A stretch of 64,000 nucleotides of DNA from Minisyncoccota bacterium. GTDB taxonomy: Bacteria; Patescibacteriota; Minisyncoccia; Phycocordibacterales; JABMNX01. A model generated the notes under the pieces. That model did not search any database and was not told the DNA's origin. It was given only the letters and a program-made list of their open reading frames with translations. A program made the translations under genes and the position numbers. Of this stretch, positions 48,269 through 57,579 are shown piece by piece; position 1 is the first letter of the stretch; each line of letters opens with the position of its first letter. Where the stretch lies: NCBI GenBank assembly GCA_040876885.1, contig JBBDOU010000008.1, positions 42,986 through 106,985 of the forward strand. Reading direction: 5' to 3'.

Positions 48269-50757
48269 AACTGTATTTTCAAGAATGATTCGGTACTGTT
48301 TTTATTGAAAACAGAGTCGTAGATAACTGCAGTCGCTGTATTTTCTGTATTAATATTTTCTAATGTAAATGGGGAGAATGTGAAAGAAAATGGGTGTGTG
48401 TTTGATGAACCAATAAAGACACCATTAATAAAATAATCAACTTTTTTAATAGGAAAAACGTTAGTATAAGAAACTGCTAACGTAAGCGGCGAATCAATAG
48501 GTTTTGGCGTGTCTTCGTTTATTGAAGTAAAACGTACTGTGGGTTTGTTTTGGGGCGTATGGAGGGTGTCTACTGCTGTTGGGGCAGCACCTCCTCCAAG
48601 TATATTATTTTTTATAACCCATTCTTGTATCGGCCACTCCCATAAAGTATATTGAGGATCATTTTCTGGCGCTTTGGGTATCGCTCCGTGAGGTTTGTTT
48701 TTATCCACCCAGTGAAGAATAGAGTGCACACGAGTAACAACCCGAGTTTCCCGAGTTTCTTCTGGTGTAAATTCAGTTGCCAAGTTTCCTGAAATTGAAT
48801 CTATAATATATTGTTCACTGCCTCTCCATTCACCTTTTAAAACAGGTTTTATTTCTTCAGTGTTGCCCACGACTGGTTTTTTAAAGGATTCATTAGGAAA
48901 CGTTGGGAGTGCTACGCGCATAAACTCATTCCAAAGCGGTGCAATAGTGAAGCCCGCAACTTTTTTCTCCATAGGAGAGTTGTCGTTATTTCCTGCCCAA
49001 GCGCCAACGGCTATTGTTGGTGAGTAACCCACTATCCATGCGTCCCTAAAATCGTTTGTGGTACCTGTTTTTGAGGCAACATCATAGTCTTCAAAATACA
49101 AAGGTGATCGAGCGCCAAATGCTGGTGTCCGAGCTTCATTATCAGAGAGTACATCAGATATTTGTCGAGCGATTTGCGGTTCAAGCACTTGTGCTGGGTG
49201 CGCGCGGAATTCTTCTACAACGACTCCGTTTGTGTCTTCTATTTTGAGTATACCCGTGTAGGAATTCTTTACGCCATCATTTGCAAATACACTATATGCG
49301 CTTGTTATATCAAGCGGTGTGACTTCACCCCCTCCAAGTACTAACGTGAGTCCGTATCTCCCCACATCAGAGAGTGTCGTCAGTCCCATGTCGCGGGCGG
49401 TATTAAGAGAATCACTTAATCCTGATAGGTACAGAGCTTTTACTGCGGGTATGTTGATTGATTGGGCGAGTGCCTCACGAAATGTTATTGGCCCATGAAA
49501 GACCCCATCATAGTTTCCTGGGGAGTAGCAATTGTCTTCACTGGTAATGTTGTCTGGGGCACAATTTGTTGAGAATTGTGTTTTTAAGTCGAATACAACT
49601 GTGTCTGGTGTATACCCTTTCTTAAATGCCGTTGCGTATACAAAGGGTTTAAATGCAGAACCCGGTTGTCGTTTTGCAAGAGCAATATTAAAGTTTCCAT
49701 CTATTTCCTCATCAAAATAATCACGTGATCCGACCATAACAAGTATCTGACCTGTCTTAGGGTCAATTGCAGTGAGCGATGCATTTTCTGCGTTAAAGTT
49801 TTCTTCGTTTTCAAACGCGTAGCGCTTCACAATTTCTTCTGCTTTTTCTTGTAGTGGGTAATCAATTGTTGTTATTACTTTAAACCCTCTTTCTTCAAGC
49901 GCTCTTTTACCGTATTTATTTTCTAAATATTCCCTAATGAAAAATACAAAATGAGGAGCTTTAATACCAATGTCTTCTTGTGGTTTAAACGTGACCACTT
50001 CTTCTTTAGCATGAGTATACTCCTCCTCAGTAATGAAATTATTTTCAAACATCTTAAAGAGCACGAGGTTTTTTCGGGTTTCTAGTTTGTCTCGGTTGTT
50101 TCCGTGGGGTGAATAGTATGTTGGTGCTTGCGGGAGTGCTGCTAAGTATGCTGATTCGGTCAGTGAGAGTTCCACAGCAGATTTTCCAAAAAAAGCACGA
50201 CTCGCTTCTTCAATTCCATAGAGGTTTCCGCCGTATGGGGACTCATTTAGGTATAAGGCGAGAATCTCTTCTTTATTGAGTATTTTTTCGAGTTTAATAG
50301 AAAGAATCCACTCTTTTAATTTTCTTGATATCTTACGTTCGTTTGTTAAGAGAGAGTTTTTAACAACCTGTTGTGTGATAGTTGAACCACCCTGCACTCC
50401 TTTACCGCGAAGTGGCTGAATAAAGACCGCTCGAAACGTAGCGATAGGCCGAACACCAAAATGATTATAAAATTCTGCATCCTCTATAGCGATGGTAGCG
50501 TTTTTTATATTTCGTGAGATGTCTTCATAGGGAATAACTGTTCTTCTAACATTTTGATGTAGGTCGAAGAGAAGAATTTCTCCAGTTCGGTCGTAGATTT
50601 TTGTTGATTGCTCTACTTTCCTTTTCTCAAAAGACTGTAAGTCTGGTATCTCAAGGGTTGCGCCCCACAGGATAATACTGCCAGCTATAAGGAGCCCAAG
50701 TGCAAGGAAAAATACAATGGAGGTACGCAGAAAAGTACCTTTTCTTTTCTTTATCAT
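48265..50757 (-). CDS. Class A penicillin-binding protein (PBP1A family) with C-terminal Ig-like domain
   Basis: AIEDAEFY, GGSTITQQ, RKLKE; QPGSAFKP, SIN, KTGT. Confidence 0.95.
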   Translation of the reverse strand: MIKKRKGTFLRTSIVFFLALGLLIAGSIILWGATLEIPDLQSFEKRKVEQSTKIYDRTGEILLFDLHQNVRRTVIPYEDISRNIKNATIAIEDAEFYNHFGVRPIATFRAVFIQPLRGKGVQGGSTITQQVVKNSLLTNERKISRKLKEWILSIKLEKILNKEEILALYLNESPYGGNLYGIEEASRAFFGKSAVELSLTESAYLAALPQAPTYYSPHGNNRDKLETRKNLVLFKMFENNFITEEEYTHAKEEVVTFKPQEDIGIKAPHFVFFIREYLENKYGKRALEERGFKVITTIDYPLQEKAEEIVKRYAFENEENFNAENASLTAIDPKTGQILVMVGSRDYFDEEIDGNFNIALAKRQPGSAFKPFVYATAFKKGYTPDTVVFDLKTQFSTNCAPDNITSEDNCYSPGNYDGVFHGPITFREALAQSINIPAVKALYLSGLSDSLNTARDMGLTTLSDVGRYGLTLVLGGGEVTPLDITSAYSVFANDGVKNSYTGILKIEDTNGVVVEEFRAHPAQVLEPQIARQISDVLSDNEARTPAFGARSPLYFEDYDVASKTGTTNDFRDAWIVGYSPTIAVGAWAGNNDNSPMEKKVAGFTIAPLWNEFMRVALPTFPNESFKKPVVGNTEEIKPVLKGEWRGSEQYIIDSISGNLATEFTPEETRETRVVTRVHSILHWVDKNKPHGAIPKAPENDPQYTLWEWPIQEWVIKNNILGGGAAPTAVDTLHTPQNKPTVRFTSINEDTPKPIDSPLTLAVSYTNVFPIKKVDYFINGVFIGSSNTHPFSFTFSPFTLENINTENTATAVIYDSVFNKNSTESFLKIQF

Positions 50758-50841
50758 AATAGTGAATCAATAGTAGCACAGACTCTCTAGGGCTGGAATT
50801 CGCTCTAGAATATAGTGAGTACTTCGTGCTACAGTAGGTGT

Positions 50842-52056
50842 ATGTTTGGGTTACGAAGTCTAAAACAAAAACCAGTAGATACTGAGGTGTCTAAAGTAGA
50901 GGAAATTCTCGCTCGGGGAGTTTCTCAGGTTGTCGATATGGAAGCATTGCGAAAGAAACTCCTCTCTGGACGAAGACTTCGTATAAAACTTGGTATTGAC
51001 CCCACAAGCCCTCATTTACATATCGGCCGAGCTGTCTCACTTTTAAAACTAAGAGATTTTCAAGAGCTTGGACATACTATTGTGCTTATTATCGGAGACA
51101 CTACAGGTGTTATCGGAGACACCTCGGATAAAGACAGTGAACGCCCACTTCTTACAAGAGATGCCGTTAGAGAGAATGCAAAGACATATTTTAAACAAGC
51201 GGGAAAAGTTTTAGATATGAGTGCGGTTGAGAAGCATTACAACTCAACGTGGCTTTCAAAGCTTTCTTATAATGAAATTGGCGAGCACGCAGATCAATTT
51301 TCTGTTGCGGACTTTGTCGCTCGCGACAATATTAAAAAAAGACTTGATGGTGGTAAGCGAGTTTCTTTACGGGAAATACTCTATCCTCTTATGCAGGGTT
51401 ACGATAGTGTTGCGGTACACGCAGATGTTGAGATAGGTGGAAATGATCAATGGTTTAACCTTCTCGCCGGACGAAAACTTCAGTCTCGATTTAACCAAGA
51501 ACCGCAGGATATTGTTACCACAAACTTAATTCTCGGCACTGATGGTAGAAAAATGAGTTCAAGTTGGGGTAACACCATAAATTTAACCGACTCACCAAAA
51601 GACATGTACGGAAAAATTATGAGTATACCGGACGAGCTGATTGTTCCGTATTTTATTCACTGCACTCGAGTTGAGAACAATCGTATTCAGGATATAGAAA
51701 AAAAAATGGAGAAGGGGGATAATCCACGGGACTATAAGATGGAGCTCGCAAAGACAATTGTTGCGCTTTACCACACAGAGAAAGATGCACAAAAATCTGA
51801 AGAAGATTTTGTAAAAAAATTCCAAAATAAAGATGTGTCAGATGCGCGAGTAGTGTCTGTAAAAAGCAACACACTCCTTAAGGACGTCTTTGTGGCGGAA
51901 GGGGTGGTATCTTCTAGAAATGAATTTAATCGATTAGTAGCGTCTGGTGCTGTGAGTGTTGTTGGCGCTGATAAGGTATCTGACCTTAAAGAGATAGCAA
52001 CAGACAACACATACAAAATAGGGAAGCGAAGGTCGCTCACTATCGAGATTATTTAA
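50842..52056 (+). CDS. tyrS: Tyrosine-tRNA ligase
   Basis: KLGIDPT, HIGR, YPLMQGYD, GGNDQ, KMSSS, S4-like tail. Confidence 0.94.
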   Translation: MFGLRSLKQKPVDTEVSKVEEILARGVSQVVDMEALRKKLLSGRRLRIKLGIDPTSPHLHIGRAVSLLKLRDFQELGHTIVLIIGDTTGVIGDTSDKDSERPLLTRDAVRENAKTYFKQAGKVLDMSAVEKHYNSTWLSKLSYNEIGEHADQFSVADFVARDNIKKRLDGGKRVSLREILYPLMQGYDSVAVHADVEIGGNDQWFNLLAGRKLQSRFNQEPQDIVTTNLILGTDGRKMSSSWGNTINLTDSPKDMYGKIMSIPDELIVPYFIHCTRVENNRIQDIEKKMEKGDNPRDYKMELAKTIVALYHTEKDAQKSEEDFVKKFQNKDVSDARVVSVKSNTLLKDVFVAEGVVSSRNEFNRLVASGAVSVVGADKVSDLKEIATDNTYKIGKRRSLTIEII

Positions 52057-52058
52057 TG

Positions 52059-52097
52059 TAAGTAAAAACCCCGCACACAAGTGCGGGGTTTTTACTT
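52059..52097. terminator. Bidirectional terminator between tyrS and acidic micropeptide 2
   Basis: taagtaaaaaccccgcac-aca-a-gtgcggggtttttactta. Confidence 0.85.
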
Positions 52098-52111
52098 AAA
52101 GAAGATTAGGA

Positions 52112-52228
52112 CTACTCTTCGTCATCGTCTCCATCTGTGTCTGTATCTAGGTCCATATCATCGTCTCCATCTGTGTCTGTATCTAGGTCCAAGTCGTCAT
52201 CTTCTAGCTCATCGTCAAAATAAAACAT
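52112..52228 (-). CDS. 38-aa Asp-rich micropeptide (not in ORF track)
   Basis: MFYFDDELEDDDLDLDTDTDGDDDMDLDTDTDGDDDEE; internal 36-bp tandem duplication keeps the frame. Confidence 0.68.
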   Translation of the reverse strand: MFYFDDELEDDDLDLDTDTDGDDDMDLDTDTDGDDDEE

Positions 52229-52442
52229 ACGTTTTTTATTTTAAATTTTAAATTTATACTAACCGACCCACAATCGTAAGAGTTTACGAAAATGTGACCC
52301 TATAGTTGTACCAGAACTTAGTACTTTTTCAATACCCCAATATTTTTTTTGTGGATAATCTGTGTATATCTCAAAAAACACAAACGAGGCTTCTGTTAAG
52401 CGACCTGCTCTGGCACTTCCATTTTTATACTCGCTCCACTCG

Positions 52443-52925
52443 TTAAAAAATAAGTCGCTCTGATGCGAGGCACGTAAGCCCAACAGCAATTGCATCATAC
52501 TCATCATCGAGTGCTATTTCCTTCCGTATTTCAATAAGGTGAGGGATCATTTTTGCCACCTGCTCTTTAGTGCTTTTCCCATAGCCAGATACCGCACTTT
52601 TGATCTGAAGGGGGGTATATTCAAAGATTAAAAGGTTTTCTTTTTTAGCTATATAGGTGATAACACCAATAACTTCTGTGACTGAAAGCGCTGTTTTTTG
52701 GTTTGTATTAAAAAAAAGCTGTTCTATCGCAATCACGTTTGGGGAGTATGTCTCAATAAGTCTTTCAATCTCTAATCCAATTTGGAGTAGGCGATCTTTG
52801 AAGGAGTCTTGTGTATCTGTCCTAAAGCAGTCTGAATACAAAAGAGTATCCTTTGGGGTATTTGTTTTTTCTATAATCGCAATACCAAGTCGTTCGTACC
52901 CCGGATCTATTGAAAGGACTCTCAT
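52443..52925 (-). CDS. ruvC: Holliday junction resolvase RuvC
   Basis: SIDPG, AIEQLFF, YTPLQIK, DDEYDAIA. Confidence 0.95.
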   Translation of the reverse strand: MRVLSIDPGYERLGIAIIEKTNTPKDTLLYSDCFRTDTQDSFKDRLLQIGLEIERLIETYSPNVIAIEQLFFNTNQKTALSVTEVIGVITYIAKKENLLIFEYTPLQIKSAVSGYGKSTKEQVAKMIPHLIEIRKEIALDDEYDAIAVGLTCLASERLIF

Positions 52926-52931
52926 AATTTT

Positions 52932-53480
52932 TTAATGAGATTCGTCACGCACCCGTTCATTAGTGAAAACATCTTGGACATCATCATGGTCAAGAATTGT
53001 TTCAATTAAACGTTCAAGCTTTTCGTTGTCATCTTTTGAAATCTCAACGGTTGTCTTAGCGGTGTACTCATCAGTATCTTTCTGAAATGCCCATGATGCT
53101 GCACCTGGAGCCGCAAGGGTAAGTCCTTGTTTCGTAAGCAGGTGTTTTATTTCAGCAGCAGTTCTGTTTCGATTATCAGTGAACCCTGAAATCATTATCG
53201 CCACTCCACCTGGGCCGTATACTTCATACAAAAGTGCTTCAAGCGCAACGCCCGTATCGTTTTTCCCTTTCTGTACCGCACGTGCAATATTGTCGTTTGG
53301 CATATTTGCTTGTTTTGCTTTCTCTATTGCAGCTCGAAGTCCTGGAGAGTTTTCGTCACCCTTTGCTTGTTTAGATTCAACAACAATAAGTTTTCCCAGC
53401 TTCCCAAAAATTTTGCTTTTCTGTGCGTCAGTTGCTGCTTTTTTATGTTTAATTTTTGACCATTTATTATGTCCACTCAT
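52932..53480 (-). CDS. yebC: YebC/PmpR family protein (short form)
   Basis: MSGHNKWSKIKHKK, YGPGGVA, TDNRNRT, DDVQDVFTN. Confidence 0.95.
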   Translation of the reverse strand: MSGHNKWSKIKHKKAATDAQKSKIFGKLGKLIVVESKQAKGDENSPGLRAAIEKAKQANMPNDNIARAVQKGKNDTGVALEALLYEVYGPGGVAIMISGFTDNRNRTAAEIKHLLTKQGLTLAAPGAASWAFQKDTDEYTAKTTVEISKDDNEKLERLIETILDHDDVQDVFTNERVRDESH

Positions 53481-53495
53481 AGTGTATCGGTGATG

Positions 53496-54533
53496 TTATA
53501 AAAGTGTAGTATGTCTCGGTGCTTGTTTTAGGTGTGTGTACGCCCGTTCTGTTACGACTCTTCCTCGTGGAGTTCTCTCAATAAGCCCTAGTTGTAGGAG
53601 ATATGGTTCGTGGACCTCCTCAATAGTCCCTTGCTCTTCTGATGTTGCTGCGGCAATGGTGCTCAGTCCGACTGGACCACCGTTGAACTTAGTGATGATA
53701 ATTTCAAGGAGTGCTCTGTCGGCCTGGTTGAGCCCGAGTGCATCTATTTGGAGTAATGAAAGCGCTTGGTCCACCATGTCTTTCTTTAGAGGCAGGTCTT
53801 TTACTTGGGCGAAGTCTCGACAGCGCTTCAAGAGAAAGTTTGCAGTTCGCGGTGTAAAGCGACTTCGTCGTGCGATCTCCGCAACGCTTTCACTATCGAT
53901 AGTAACACCTAATATTTTTGCGGAACGTTTCAAAATACTCTCAATCTCTTCATCGCTGTAATAGTTGAGACGGAATGTTCCTCCAGAAAACCGTGAGCGC
54001 AACGGAGACGAGAGTAGTGAGATACGCGTGGTTGCTGCGATAAGGGTAAATGGAGGGAGTTCTAGTTGGATTGTTCTTGCAGAAGGACCTTTCCCGATAA
54101 TAATGTCGAGTGCACCTGATTCCATAGCAGGGTAGAGTATTTCCTCAATTGTTTTATTAAGTCGATGTATCTCATCAATAAAAAGAATATCTCCAGGGTT
54201 CAGGTTTGTGAGAATTGCAGCAAGGTCACCGACGCGTTCTATTGCGGGGCCAGAGGTGATTTTAATTTGTGCTCCGATTTCACCTGCAATAAGGTGCGCG
54301 AGTGTTGTTTTCCCTAACCCAGGGGGTCCATAAAATAAAATATGCTCAGGAGGGTGTTCTCTCTGGCGAGCGGCAGTTAATAATATTTTTACGTTGTCTT
54401 TGAGGTTAGATTGCCCTATGTATTCGTCCCATTTATGAGGCCTGAGTGTTTGGTCAAGGAACGCTCGGTCAGTGGAGTCGAGGTTTCGCTCTTTTTCAGT
54501 AGTCGTATGAGGTTCTGGCTTAAGGGTTGACAT
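53496..54533 (-). CDS. ruvB: Holliday junction helicase RuvB
   Basis: [34 protein letters not shown]. Confidence 0.97.
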   Translation of the reverse strand: MSTLKPEPHTTTEKERNLDSTDRAFLDQTLRPHKWDEYIGQSNLKDNVKILLTAARQREHPPEHILFYGPPGLGKTTLAHLIAGEIGAQIKITSGPAIERVGDLAAILTNLNPGDILFIDEIHRLNKTIEEILYPAMESGALDIIIGKGPSARTIQLELPPFTLIAATTRISLLSSPLRSRFSGGTFRLNYYSDEEIESILKRSAKILGVTIDSESVAEIARRSRFTPRTANFLLKRCRDFAQVKDLPLKKDMVDQALSLLQIDALGLNQADRALLEIIITKFNGGPVGLSTIAAATSEEQGTIEEVHEPYLLQLGLIERTPRGRVVTERAYTHLKQAPRHTTLL

Positions 54534-54615
54534 AGACTTTCTTTTATGTTAACATAGTTGAGTAACCACAAATAACGTATGTAGTGTGGTTTTTCTTTTT
54601 AATCCTTATTATAAA

Positions 54616-54744
54616 CCCCTAAACAATTTAGCTCCGCGCTTTGAATCAGTTTCGAGGACGTCATGGTCTTACCTTAGGGTAAGCAGCTGTTTCCATCCTT
54701 AGATTTTTGATTGACTTTAGGTCTCCTAAAGTATTGCTTAGGGA
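54616..54744. ncRNA. Candidate structured RNA between pilB and ruvB
   Basis: Closing stem ccctaagcaat/attgtttaggg (minus strand) with nested hairpins actttagg/cctaaagt and cttacc/ggtaag. Confidence 0.35.
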
Positions 54745-54757
54745 TTTATGCTTGGGA

Positions 54758-56461
54758 TTATAATTTTGAATTTTCTCCCTTATATTTTAGACTAGCATTT
54801 ATCTCTTCTAAATCAATAACCCGTTGTAGTTCTGAAAGAGAAGTGACACCTTGTAAAGCCTTAAGGACCCCATCTTGAGCCATAGTCAGAATTCCCTGTT
54901 TTTGGGCAGCCCGAGTGATTTCATGTTCGCTTGGGTTTTCTGTTACGAGTCGCTCTATTTCCTCATCAACAACAATTGCTTCAAATATCCCGATACGTCC
55001 TTTATATGCATTAGGGGTTTCTTCTGTTGCTTCAAAAATAACGTCCCTTTTTTCTGGAACGAGTGTCTTGTCGTAAATTGAATCAAGTATTGCGTCCACG
55101 AGCTCTTTGTTTCGTCCAGTGAGTGGCACTTCTTTTTTATAGTCATCTTTAAGTTTTCTGACGAGTCGTTGTGCCATAGCGATATTCACTGCTGATCCGA
55201 TAATTTTTGGATTAACGCCAAGATCAATAAGTCGAGGAAATGTTCCCGCAGCATTGTTTGTGTGGAGCGTAGAGAATACTAAGTGCCCCGTAAGGGCGGC
55301 GTTTACTGCGGTTGATGCCACCTCTTTATCTCGGATTTCTCCCACCATAATAATATCCGGGTCTTGTCGCAGTGTTGAGCGAAGCCCGCTTGCAAACGTG
55401 TAATGCTCACCTTCTGTTTGGGTCTGCACAATACCGGGAAGGTGGTACTCAATAGGGTTTTCTATGGTGATGATTTTAATATCAGGGCTGTGTACTTTCC
55501 TTAAGAAGGCATAGAGAGTTGTGGTCTTACCAGAGCCCGTAGGTCCTGTGTTAAGAATCATTCCATTTGGACGTCGCACTTCGCGCTCAAGAATCTTTTG
55601 TAGATTTAGAGGAATACCAAGCGCTTCCATCTCAACGCCAATAGCATTTGGGTCAAGGATACGCATGACGACAGATTCTCCATACGCTCCAGGGAGGATT
55701 GAGGTACGCATTTCAACATCTTTTTCATGAATTGAGACACTAAATCTGCCGTCCTGCGCTGCATTATGTCTATTGAGTTTTAATCCAGAAATAAGTTTAA
55801 GTCGGGATAAGAGTAGGGTGTAGGTTTCAATATCAAAAGAAAGTACGTCAGTAAGGACTCCGTCAAGTCGGTATCGAAGCCGTACGTATGTTTCCTCAGG
55901 TTCTATGTGCACGTCTGAGGCGTGGAGACCCATAGCACCCGCAAGCACTGCCTCAAGGATTCTTGAAATTCGATAAGACTTTTTCATCTGCATAACCCCT
56001 TCGATGTATGTTTTTACATCAGGTATGGATTTAAGTTTTTCAATAAGCGAAACAATTTCCTCTCCCGATATATCAAGGACACCCGCCTTAGACTCTGTTG
56101 AAAATGAAAGGTCTTTGTACCGCTCCCACGCACGTTCTAAGCTTGCTCGAGACACCATAAATACGTTGACTTCGTAGCCAAGTTTTTCAAGGTCTTTAAT
56201 GATACGCTGTACCTCTTTCTTCCCAGGAGCGCGCACCGCAAGAGAGAGGCGTTTCGCTACTTTATGAAAACCGGCCACCTCAAAAGCGCGGGCCTCATCT
56301 TCTTTAACAAGACGAAGTGCGTCAGTACTAATAGATGTCTGAGAAAGGTCGATGTAGTTCACCCCATATTTACTTGAAAGGATTTTTGCTAACGCCTCTT
56401 CTTCTTCAAGTCGGAGTTTCAATACACGCTCTTCTTGTTCTGATTCATCAAATGTGGCCAT
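54758..56461 (-). CDS. pilB: PilB/GspE family type IV pilus/T2SS ATPase
   Basis: ASDVHIEP, RYRLDG, QDGRF, GPTGSGKTTTLY, LRQDPD, GEIRD, TGHLVFSTLHTN. Confidence 0.9.
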   Translation of the reverse strand: MATFDESEQEERVLKLRLEEEEALAKILSSKYGVNYIDLSQTSISTDALRLVKEDEARAFEVAGFHKVAKRLSLAVRAPGKKEVQRIIKDLEKLGYEVNVFMVSRASLERAWERYKDLSFSTESKAGVLDISGEEIVSLIEKLKSIPDVKTYIEGVMQMKKSYRISRILEAVLAGAMGLHASDVHIEPEETYVRLRYRLDGVLTDVLSFDIETYTLLLSRLKLISGLKLNRHNAAQDGRFSVSIHEKDVEMRTSILPGAYGESVVMRILDPNAIGVEMEALGIPLNLQKILEREVRRPNGMILNTGPTGSGKTTTLYAFLRKVHSPDIKIITIENPIEYHLPGIVQTQTEGEHYTFASGLRSTLRQDPDIIMVGEIRDKEVASTAVNAALTGHLVFSTLHTNNAAGTFPRLIDLGVNPKIIGSAVNIAMAQRLVRKLKDDYKKEVPLTGRNKELVDAILDSIYDKTLVPEKRDVIFEATEETPNAYKGRIGIFEAIVVDEEIERLVTENPSEHEITRAAQKQGILTMAQDGVLKALQGVTSLSELQRVIDLEEINASLKYKGENSKL

Positions 56462-56615
56462 ATTTATGGCTTCATTGTAGTCTTTTTTATCCGTTCCAAC
56501 AAACAAGAGTGGTGCATAGCACTATTGACAAACAGTATTGATTTGTGATATAATTAATATAGAAATGAAGGGTGTGCGATTGTGCATAGCCCCACCAAAA
56601 TTAGAGGATAAAGTC

Positions 56616-57023
56616 ATGAAGTGCCTTAAATCTTTCGTTACTGTACTGGCATTTTTTCTTCTGACAGCGTGCGCAGTCCAGGGAGTTCAAACACAACAAC
56701 CCCTCCCATTACCGTCGTCACTTGCTGAGAAGGTGGCGGACTGCACGTTCAACTTCGGAAACCGCGAAGGCGCGCTCTGGAGTTGTGAGAGTAAGGTCAA
56801 CTTGACCATTGCCGAAGCCGTTCTCGTTGAACAGTGGGCGCGTCAAAAAGATGCTGAAATTCTTGCGCTTCAGCGTCCACAGGTCAACTTCTCTCTTTTT
56901 GGGGTGAGGAACACTTCAAACAAAGTGACAACGTCACACTTTGACCGGAAACACTACGGCCTGAGGGACCAAGAGCATCGTTACCGCCGTAACCCAGAAA
57001 GATGGGTGTGGCGCCCTAATTGA
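56616..57023 (+). CDS. Hypothetical lipoprotein
   Basis: GAGG SD, lipobox LTAC, downstream terminator near 57045. Confidence 0.65.
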   Translation: MKCLKSFVTVLAFFLLTACAVQGVQTQQPLPLPSSLAEKVADCTFNFGNREGALWSCESKVNLTIAEAVLVEQWARQKDAEILALQRPQVNFSLFGVRNTSNKVTTSHFDRKHYGLRDQEHRYRRNPERWVWRPN

Positions 57024-57129
57024 GACACTTTTAGTATCAGGGATAAGGCGGACAGTTATGCAGTAAGCATAGACTTGTCCGCCTTTTTATTTTCAAACGG
57101 ATTTCTCCAAGAGGTGTTAAAATATATAC

Positions 57130-57579
57130 ATGACAGAGATTACTGAGGCAGAGCTCAATACTGAGGCAGAAAATTTTCTAGAGAGTCTTTCCCCGCAAAA
57201 AACTGCGACCGTTGTGGGTTTGTATGGTGATTTAGGTGCGGGAAAAACAACATTTACAAAAGCACTTGCTCGCGCGCTTGGTGTTGATGAGACGGTGACG
57301 AGCCCAACCTTTGTGCTTGAAAAAATATACTCGCTTGCCAATCAAAAACAAGCACGTGGTTTTTCACAGCTTGTACATATTGACGCGTACCGTTTAGAGG
57401 AAAGTAAGGAGCTTAAACAATTAAATTGGAACACGTATATAGTGGACCCAAAAAATATTATCGTAGTTGAGTGGGCTGATAGAGTTGCGGAATTTCTTCC
57501 AGAGGATATAAAAAAGGTAACGCTTGCGGTAGTTGGTGGTAGCGCAGAGAGTTTGGTCAGAAATATTTCATATGCCTAA
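57130..57579 (+). CDS. tsaE: t6A biosynthesis ATPase TsaE
   Basis: GDLGAGKTTF, VTSPTF, HIDAYRL, VEW. Confidence 0.96.
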   Translation: MTEITEAELNTEAENFLESLSPQKTATVVGLYGDLGAGKTTFTKALARALGVDETVTSPTFVLEKIYSLANQKQARGFSQLVHIDAYRLEESKELKQLNWNTYIVDPKNIIVVEWADRVAEFLPEDIKKVTLAVVGGSAESLVRNISYA

